This document shows positions 1 through 9,400 of a DNA stretch of 59,432 nucleotides, piece after piece. Where the stretch lies: NCBI GenBank assembly GCA_964352225.1, contig CAYGRM010000004.1:1-59432 (forward strand). Direction: 5' to 3'. A program made the position numbers and the translations under genes. Under the pieces are notes generated by a model. It saw nothing but the letters and a program-made list of their open reading frames with translations. It was not told the origin of the DNA and did no database searches. This DNA comes from an uncultured Saprospiraceae bacterium. Lineage in GTDB: Bacteria > Bacteroidota > Bacteroidia > Chitinophagales > Saprospiraceae. Numbering within the stretch: the first letter of the stretch is position 1; each line of letters opens with the position of its first letter.

Positions 1-87
1 TGATTATTAAGTTATTTCCAAAAGGGTACTTCTATAGATTGTACGACTAATAACTTAATAACCAAATGAAATTATCTAGAGCCAATC

Positions 88-984
88 TTAATTCTTACGA
101 GAACTTCTTCGCTTCCGCTTAGATGATTTCTTTTTCCCGTTTTCTTTTTTAGAAAAAAGATAATTGACATCTGCAGTCACTCCAAATTGCATCGTACTAG
201 GTTGCACTTCCAAAAATACATCTCCAAAATCATATACTCCTGCAAGCGTCAAATAACCTCGAATAGGCGCTGTCGGTTTTCCTACAGAAATTTTTAATGC
301 TGATTCCAAAAAGAAAAACGGATTATTTTCTTCTATAATCTCAATCTTTCGCAATTCTGAAGCTGTCAATTTCCCAGTTGCAGTTGAGCTATCCAAATAA
401 TTAAGTTGTGCCCCTCGCAAAGTAAAACTTGCCCCTACTTTATCTAAGAAAATATGAAATCCACCTTGCACATAAATTTTTTGAAAATCCAATTCTATTT
501 TTCCTGTTTCTCCAAAGTAAAAATTATTTACACCTCCTTGACTAAATCCTATATATCCATCAAAGAGTAAACCTTTACCTTCGGTTGGAGATTCGAATGA
601 AGTTAGCCCTTCTTCTTCGTCACCAAAAACTTCTTTAGCTTTGGCAGGCATAAAATAATAGCCGCCTATTGCTCCGCTAAAATTATATTGATAAACATTT
701 TTATCTATGTCCTCTGCTCCTGTAAATGAATTTCTAATACGAAAATAACTAGCATGAAGTCCAAGGTTTTTAAAAGGACTATAACCCACTTGAGCATTCA
801 AATTATTGCCAGGCAAACTATTAAGATGTGGAGTATATCCTGCCGAAACTTTTAAATCTTTTTCTTCTCGAAGTGCCAAAAGACTCCCTTCATCCGTTGC
901 ATAAAAATGATGACTCGCACTTCCACAAGAAGAAAAAAACAATACACTTACAAAAAGATATAAATTGAATTTTATTAATTTCAT
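88..984 (-). CDS. hypothetical outer-membrane beta-barrel-like lipoprotein
   Basis: 298-aa ORF. Signal peptide with lipobox-like FFSSC. G/Y/F-rich alternating strands. Barrel-like ...DVNYLF is followed by an unusual 22-aa K/R/S-rich tail. Confidence 0.5.
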   Translation of the reverse strand: MKLIKFNLYLFVSVLFFSSCGSASHHFYATDEGSLLALREEKDLKVSAGYTPHLNSLPGNNLNAQVGYSPFKNLGLHASYFRIRNSFTGAEDIDKNVYQYNFSGAIGGYYFMPAKAKEVFGDEEEGLTSFESPTEGKGLLFDGYIGFSQGGVNNFYFGETGKIELDFQKIYVQGGFHIFLDKVGASFTLRGAQLNYLDSSTATGKLTASELRKIEIIEENNPFFFLESALKISVGKPTAPIRGYLTLAGVYDFGDVFLEVQPSTMQFGVTADVNYLFSKKENGKKKSSKRKRRSSRKN

Positions 985-1013
985 AAGACTGAATTCGTTT
1001 TATTTTTTGTAAA

Positions 1014-1048
1014 AAAAGTCTTCCACAGCTAAACCATGGAAGACTTTT
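1014..1048 (-). terminator. rho-independent terminator downstream of the peroxidase gene
   Basis: Stem aaaagtcttcca / tggaagactttt. A T-run follows on the minus strand. Confidence 0.6.
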
Positions 1049-1070
1049 TATTTTATTTTTAATCAATCCA

Positions 1071-2237
1071 TTATTTAAATGGATCTGAATATTTTTCATC
1101 GTTTAACATCACTTCATCTGTGAAGGTATTCAAGAATGCAATCAAAGCATCTTTTTCTGTTTGAGAAAAATTAAATGCTTTGGGTTGTCCTCCAGATTTC
1201 AATTGAAAACTCAAATTTGGATGATTCTGTATACCATTACTATAATGCTCTACTACATCTTCCAATGTTTCAAATCGTCCATCATGCATATATGGCCCAG
1301 TCAAAGCAATATTTCTTAAGGTAGGAACTTTGAACGTTCCATTCTGAGCAGGCCCACTTATTGCACCTATTCCCTGATCTTCATAATTCATTTCCAAACC
1401 ATTGTTTGCTTGAACTTGCGCAGGGAAACCGTTAATTGCACCATGACAATTTCCGCAGTTAGATACGTATAAGTCTTTTCCTAAATTTTCAGCAGTTGTA
1501 AATCCACTAAAGGTCACTCCTTCAATATTATTGAAATTAAAGTTATCCACGTAGTGCTTATCCAATTCTTCATCATATTTAGATCGGTAAGAACTCATAC
1601 TGTTGACAAATTCACTAACTGCATCTAAAATTCTCTCTTCTGTCACTTGGCTATCACCAAATGTTTCTTTAAAAAGAATTTTGTAGTATTCTGCTGCTTC
1701 CACTCTATCCATCACTTTATGCATTGGCATATTCATTTCTCTTTCGTTCGCAAAAGTCTGTCTTGCTTGCTCTTGAACAGTAGATGCTCGGTTATCCCAG
1801 AAGAATGGAATTCGTCCTTGAGAAATATCTCCATAGTATTCTGCAAAATTAAATACAGAACCTAATGCTAATGAATTCCTGCTTGTAATTCGATTCGAAA
1901 CTCCTTTACTAAATGCTAGATCATCAGCAAATGCTAACTCTTGCTTATGGCATGATGCACATGAAATAGTTCGATCATCCGATAAGTTTTTATCATAAAA
2001 CATCACCCGTCCAAGTATAGCAAGATCGCTATCAAATGAAATGGAACGAGAATTATAATATTTAGGGAAAACGAAAGTGTAATCATCTAATTCATTATCG
2101 ATATTCAATGTTTGACTTAGGACTGCATAATCTTCTGCAGTATATCTCTCATAAGTAATATCTATTTTTTCTTTTTTACAAGAAGAAAAGAAAAATAGCA
2201 CCATCAGAAAGAAAAGGAAGCTGTTTAAATTTTTCAT
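1071..2237 (-). CDS. di-haem cytochrome c peroxidase (CCP/MauG family), lipoprotein signal
   Basis: 388 aa. Two CxxCH motifs (CASCH, CGNCH), conserved PTLRN...GPYMHDG segment, signal peptide ending FFSSC. Confidence 0.85.
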   Translation of the reverse strand: MKNLNSFLFFLMVLFFFSSCKKEKIDITYERYTAEDYAVLSQTLNIDNELDDYTFVFPKYYNSRSISFDSDLAILGRVMFYDKNLSDDRTISCASCHKQELAFADDLAFSKGVSNRITSRNSLALGSVFNFAEYYGDISQGRIPFFWDNRASTVQEQARQTFANEREMNMPMHKVMDRVEAAEYYKILFKETFGDSQVTEERILDAVSEFVNSMSSYRSKYDEELDKHYVDNFNFNNIEGVTFSGFTTAENLGKDLYVSNCGNCHGAINGFPAQVQANNGLEMNYEDQGIGAISGPAQNGTFKVPTLRNIALTGPYMHDGRFETLEDVVEHYSNGIQNHPNLSFQLKSGGQPKAFNFSQTEKDALIAFLNTFTDEVMLNDEKYSDPFK

Positions 2238-2754
2238 AACCTTAAGTTGTTTTAATTAATTCACTAAATAGGTCTTTGTCAAAGAATTGTAAAAATAGCA
2301 AAAACCTCGATCAAAATCTTTTTCGCAAAGTTAAAATTGACTGTTAAGGTGTGTTAAAGTAAGGTATATGGAAGTAGTTTTACTTAACTTTTAAAGAAAA
2401 AATTAAAAATGTAGCAGAATTATAAAAACAAAAAAGGCCACTCAAATGAATAAGTGACCTTTTTTTGTTGACCCTACAGGTGAATTATCGAACCAATTAT
2501 ATGAAGATTTTCGAAAAATTTATGAATTACGGGACTTTGTAAAGGTAGTTCCGTTTAATTCAAAACAGGATCCCGCATCAAAATCTGAATGACTTGAAGA
2601 ACTAACTCCGCCAACAAAGTTTTCTCTATAACCATTAAAATATTTTTCTGTGATATTTTTTGGAAGCCTCAATAGAAACTAAAAATGAACCTCTAGACTC
2701 AAACGGCTCTTCTTAATCTAGTCAATGATTAGGTTAAAGATAACCTAAACTCTA

Positions 2755-3127
2755 ATGGCAAAACCATTTGGGAAACTGCCCGCTGATTTCTTAAGATTAA
2801 AGCAAACGAAATCTTTTATGGAAGAATTGTTTGAACAATTGAGTCAACAAATTCATCCTATTAAAGGAACTGTTTTAGTTTGGAATGAGAGTTTTGAAAA
2901 AACTCAAGATAAGTTGATGGCTGAACCACTTCCTCTATATGCGCAATTTCTTTATTCAGTCAATGAGATGGTCTATGACATGATGAAAATATTTAGCCAA
3001 GGATTGTATTTACATCTAAAATTTAAGGCAGTACTCTATCAAAATAGTTCTGCTTATATTGTGTCATGTGATATATAGAGATTTGGTTATACAAAATGAG
3101 CGAAGGGAGGAGTTTGAAACAGTCTGA
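2755..3127 (+). pseudogene. truncated and frameshifted remnant of a DUF2779-family gene
   Basis: The ORF 2755-3078 reads ..GTVLVWNESFEKT..LYAQFL..DMMKIF..YLH.KFK. That pattern is typical of the C-terminal third of DUF2779 proteins. The expected continuation (YSIKIVL...YRDLVIQ...) appears only in the +1 frame from about 3020 to 3127. The N-terminal two thirds are absent. Confidence 0.55.
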
Positions 3128-3435
3128 GGAAGATTTTCTTTTTTTAAAATCATCTAACAAAAATAAACATATACATTTATAAAAATTTTATTAATTTTAC
3201 TCTCCGCATATAAAAACTTCCCTAAATCGTTCACTAAAACTCTAGAAGATTTACTAATTTTGATTCGTTTGTTTAAGATGAAATAAATGGATCAGAGTGG
3301 TTCTCTTGAAAATTTGAAAGTGAATCCTACAGTATTTGTTTTCTAAGTTAATCTGAAATTTTACTAACAAGAGATACAGTTTGTTCTTAGACTGATAATT
3401 AAATGTTTATTTACTCCAAAACCAAAAAAACAATA

Positions 3436-6400
3436 ATGAGAAAACAAATACTACTCGCATTCTTCTTTTCTTTAACTTATCTGGGGTTAAATGCTCAATG
3501 TAATTTACCTTTTCCTCCAGCATTAACTTGTTCTTCTGCTCCAGTAATATGTGGCTCGGAATTGGATGGTTATTGTACCTCTCTTGGTGGATTCAATGCA
3601 ACCGATAGTCCAAGTACTTCTTGTTTTGTAGTAAATAATAATCAATGGTTTGCCTTTGTAGCAGGTAGTGTAAATATTAATCTTGATTTTATTGTAGGTA
3701 CCTGTACCTTTGACCCAAATGCTGGACTTACTGGATTTCAAGCTCAAGTTTTTACTGGATGCGGAGCCCCATGGACTACGGTTCCTGGCTGTTTAAACCA
3801 AGTTTCTCCAAATACTACACAGACCCTAGCTATGACAGGGTTGACAGTAGGAAATGTCTATTATCTAATGACAGATGGTGTCGCAGGAGTTTTGTGCGAT
3901 TATTCGATCCAGGTAACAAGTGGAAGTACAACTGCTCCAATTCCAGATCCAGCAGGAGCAATTTCTGGAGATCCTGTATTTTGTCAAGGAGCATCATCTG
4001 TGACTTATTGTGTGCCACCCTCTTTTGGGGCAGCATTTTATGATTGGACAATTCCAGCAGGGGCAGCGATTGTTGGGGCAGATAATGGAGAATGTATTAC
4101 GATTGATTTTAGTGGGTATATAGGTGGTATAGGATCTTCTGGAACCATTTCAGTAACACCTACAAATGCGTGTGAATCTGGGGATCCTTCCTCACTTACA
4201 GTAACTTCGGGGCCACCACCAACTTCACCAGATGAACTTTTCATATTATGTCCAGGGGAATCTGCAACTTATGGAAATACAGTATATTCTACTGCAACAA
4301 ATGGAACTCCATTTATTAATACAGATATTGCAAATGCTCAAGGTTGTTTAATTGAAACATTAGTATATGTTGAGATTGGAACTATTGAAACAACAAATTT
4401 AGCAGAAGCTATTTGTCAAGGAGATGTATCATCAACTGGTGAAACTTTGGCAGGGACTTATGTATATAACTTGTTAACTAATTATTATGAATGCGATAGT
4501 ACAGTTACAATAGACTTAACTGTATTAGATCCTCAAACTGGAGTTTTCCCAGTAACAGATGAAATTGATTGTTCTGGAACTCCAGTTACAGTATCTGCAA
4601 TACAGTTAAATACAGATCCAACAATATCATACATTTGGTCTGGACCTTGTTTCACTCAAAGTTTCCCACAAGATCCAAATATTTCGGTATCATGTGGAGG
4701 TGTATATACAGTATATGCGGAGCAAACTGTGGCTGGAGTAACATGTGTTTCTCCGACTTTCTCAGTAACTGTAATTGAAAATATCACTCCTCCAATAGCA
4801 GATCCAGGGCAATTAATAGCAATTGATTGCAATACTAACTCTGCCACCTTAGGTGGACCTAATATGTCGTCAGGGTCGAATTTTGTTTATTCGTGGACAG
4901 GGCCTAACGGGTATACATCTTCTCAACAAAATCCTGTAGTTACTGAGGGTGGTGAATATTGTGTATTTGTAATAAATTCGACTACTTTCTGTCAATCGAC
5001 AATCGAATGTGTAACTGTTACGGGGAATTCAACATCTCTAATTGCAACAGCAAGCAATAGTAATGATTTATCTTGTTTAATTAGTTTTTCAATACTTGAT
5101 GCTTCGGGGTCTTCTTCCGGTGGAAATATTTCATATACTTGGGATGGGCCGGGTGGCCCTTATTCTGGAAGTAACCCTTCAGTGAGTCAGCAAGGAACTT
5201 ATACGTTGACGGTTATGGATAATGTAACAGGATGTACGTCAACAGCTCAAACAATAGTTGGCGGGGATTTCAATACACCAACTGCAAGTATAATTACCCC
5301 AGCTGATATTGATTGTAATAATCCAACAGTTTCTTTGGATGGAAGTGGATCAAGTAGTGGAGTAACCTATTTATGGTCAACAGGAGAAACTACTGCCATC
5401 GCCACTACAAATATGGGAGCAGGAACTTATACTTTAACGGTAACTAATATCAGTAATGGTTGTACTGATGAGGCATCTGTTCTTGTAAATGATAATTCAT
5501 CAATTGTAACTGCAGATGTGGATGTGCAAGGGGTGCTTGATTGTGATAATAATTTGGTTACTCTGTCTGCAATTAATGTTATTGGATCAAGTAATCCAAC
5601 ATATTCTTGGTCAAATGGAATGTCTGGACAAACTATTATGGTTGGGACAGCTGGATCAATTACCTTAACCGTAACAGATGCAATTACAGGATGTAGTGTA
5701 GATATTATGGCAAATGTTGCAAGTGGCACAAACGCCCCTACGGCAATAGCAGGAGTAAGTGGAGAATTAAATTGTAATAATACTAGTGTCGTTTTAAGTT
5801 CTGCAGGTTCTTCAACGGGTGTGAATATTACGGCGAGTTGGTCAACTGCAAATCCTAATAATGTTACAACTCCAGGAACTTATACTTTGACAATTACTGA
5901 TAATGATAATGGATGTACTGCAACTGCTGATGTTGATGTGATACAGGATATTACGGCTCCAGTAGCTGCTATAGTTACACCAATAGCAATCGATTGTAAC
6001 AATACTAGTATTGTATTAGATGGGGGAACTTCAACAGGAACTAACTTAAGTTATTCTTGGACTCCAGGTGGAGGTACAGGATCAACATTAAATGCTGTTG
6101 TTGCTGGTACTTATACGTTGACCGTTACTAATATGGATAATGGATGTACAGATACTGAAGAGGTAATTGTAGTTGATAATACAACGACAGTTTCAGTTAC
6201 AGCAAGTGTAAGTAATGAATTAACCTGTACGCAAACTACTGCAACATTAGATGTGTCTGGTGGATCTGGATCTTCAAATCCAACCTATACCTGGACTGGT
6301 CCAGAAACTGGAAATGGTTCAACTATAAGTGTGAGTACTCCTGGAATTTATACTCTAACTTTAGTTGATTCAAATACAGGTTGCCAAGGTTCAACTACAA

Positions 6401-9400
6401 TTACTGTATTACAAGATGACTCAGGGCCAACAGCTTCTGTAGCTCCAGCCAATAATTTAACTTGTAATGTGTCATCTGTAACTTTAGATGGTTCAGCTTC
6501 TTCTACTGGAAATAATATTTCTTACCAATGGTTTATTAATGGAACAACATCAGTTGGTGGAAATGCAGCAATTATTGATGTAACTGTTGCTGGTGATTAT
6601 ACTTTACTAGTTACAGATAATAATAATGGATGTGATATTACATCTTCTGTAGTTACTGTAATCCTAGATGATGCAACACCTACGGCTTCAGCAATAGCGG
6701 GTAATAATGGATTACTATCGTGTTCAATTTCTTCATTGGCCTTAGATGGAAGTTCTTCTACTGGGAATTGTCTTTCTTATGAATGGTTAAGTAATGGAAA
6801 TGTGGTAGGAACAGCATCAATATATGATGCTACAAATGCTGGAGATTATATTTTAGTAGTAACTAATTGTGATAATGGATGTACTGATCAAACAATAGTT
6901 AATGTTGTTGCTGATGCAGGTTTACCTACTGCGACAATCGACCCTGTGGTTAATTTAGATTGTAATAACCCCACATCTACTTTACAAGGAACAGGTTTAT
7001 CTAACACGGGAGGAACTGTTTCTGTAGAATGGTTCTATGAAGGAACTACTCTAAATGTTACTGATCTTGATTACACTACTTCGGTGGCAGGTGAATATAC
7101 ATTTATGGTAACTGATAATGGAAATGGCTGTAGTTCTTCAGTAACTGTTCAATTAAGTGAAAATATTGACCCTCCATTTATTGATATTGCGACTGCTCCA
7201 ATTATTGATTGTGCTAATACAATGGTAACAGTTAATGCAACTAACTCAGCAAGTGGAGTTAATATATCTTACCAGTGGCAAGATGCAGGAGGAGTTGATT
7301 TACCAGGAAATGAAACTGCGAATACTTTAATGACAGATATCGCAGGTGATTATATTTTATTAGTTACAAATACTGAAAATGGATGTACTGCAACTCAACT
7401 GGTAAACGTACCAGAAAATATTGAGTCACCAGTATTTGCTGCATCAGCATTGAATAATATTGATTGTAACAATATAGAAGCTTCCTTGGAAAGTAATATT
7501 ATATCATCTTTTAGTACTGATTTAACTTACCAATGGTTATTGAACGGAAATAATGTAGGTGATCAATCAACACTTTTAACTTCAAATGATGGTGATTATT
7601 TCCTGATTGTAAGTGATAACCAAAATGGTTGTTCTTCACAGGTGGGTGTAACGGTTCTTAATACAACACAAGATCCTACTATTGCTGCAAGTTCTTCAGG
7701 TAATAGTGCTTTAGATTGTATTACTACTGAAACAACTCTTGATGGTACAGGATCTGATACTGGAGCAAACTTTAATTATGCTTGGACTTTAGATACAGAT
7801 CCAACCAATGTTTTAGGTACAGATTTACTGTACACAACAATGGATCCGGGTACTTATATATTGACTGTAATAAATATGGATAATGGATGTGTAAGTACAG
7901 AAACAGTAACGATCACTCAATCTATAGCGCAACCAACATCTGTTGCAATTTCAAATACTGCAACATTAACATGTACTGATCCAACGATTACATTGGATGG
8001 GACTAGTTCAAGTATCGGTGCTAATTTTTCTTACCAATGGTATGAAGTTATAGGTGGAACATCAACAGAAATAGTTGGTGCCGATATGATTTCTTATGAT
8101 ATCGTTGTAGAAGGAACTTATGAATTGTTAGTAACAAATTCAGACAATGGCTGTACGGCAATAAGTGATCAAATTGTAATTGATCAGTCTTCTGATGTAC
8201 CAGTAGCTATAATTTCAAGTGATGGAATTTTGACTTGTGATAATGGAATGGTAATAGTAGATGGATTGAGTTCTACTGCTGGTGGAACACTTACTTATGA
8301 GTGGGTAGATGTTGCAACTGGAGATATTTTAGGAACAGATCCAACTCTTGAGGTTTCGACCTCTATAGAGCTTGGATTAAATATTCAAGATCTAAATGAT
8401 GGCTGTACTTCAACAACTTCATTTTTCATTGACGAAGATATTGAGGATCCGTCTGCTAATGCAGGTTTAGCTCAAACATTATTCTGTGGAGATATTGAAG
8501 TTACTTTAGATGGAAGTGCTTCTTCTGCTAATGGTGATCCGATAACATATGCATGGGCTGATCCAATGGGTAACCCAGGAGGATCTACAGCTGCCATTGG
8601 TGCTTCTACTCCTGGATCATGGACATTAACAATTACAAATACAGATAATGGCTGTACATCAACTTCTACAGTTGAAGTAGATCAAGATACTAATGTGCCT
8701 GTTCTTTCAATGGTTCCTTCAGCAGCAGGACTTAATTGTGATATTCAAACAATTACATATGATGCAACAGGATCTAGTGTATCAACAGGTAATCTTATTT
8801 ATCAATGGACAGATGTAGTAAGTGGAACCGTTTTAGGTAACACAGCAAGTATTGATATATCTAATACAAATGAGATAATTTTAACAATTACTGATGATGG
8901 TAACGGTTGTTCTACTACTCAATCTTACATTGCAACTCAAGATATCGAACAACCTACTGCTAATGCAGGTTTCCCACAAACTCTTTTCTGTGGTGATACA
9001 GAGGTTACTTTAGATGGAAGTGCTTCAGGTGCGGGAGGTGCTGCTTTTACTTATAACTGGACTGACCCAATAGGTAACCCAGGAGGAACTACTGCTCAGG
9101 TTGCTGCAACAATTATAGGTTCTTGGGAATTATTGATTACTAATACCGTAAATGGTTGTACTTCCATTGAAACAGTTGAAGTAGATCAAAATATTGCAGC
9201 TCCTACTGCTGTTGTTGATTTCGCAGGAATGTTAACTTGTGATATTAATGAAATTACAGTTGATGGAAGTGCTTCAACTACTGCAGGTGGATCAGTACTT
9301 CAATATGAATGGCAAGGTGGGGCTACTACATCAACAGCTTCGTTTGATGCTCCAGGAACTTATACTTTGATTATTACAGATGTATTGAGTAATTGTACTG

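Noticed and set aside
890-1099. 69-aa ORF spanning the gap between the first two genes
   Set aside because: It overlaps the 5' end of the lipoprotein gene, the terminator hairpin and the stop of the peroxidase gene.
3523-5729. Several 60-100-aa ORFs in other frames or antisense within the adhesin gene
   Set aside because: They are embedded in a 7.5-kb ORF with a strong repeated protein signature and have no independent signals. The same applies to the short ORFs inside polA, ligA, the 1212-aa and 1360-aa genes, and the sigma factor (15232-15561).
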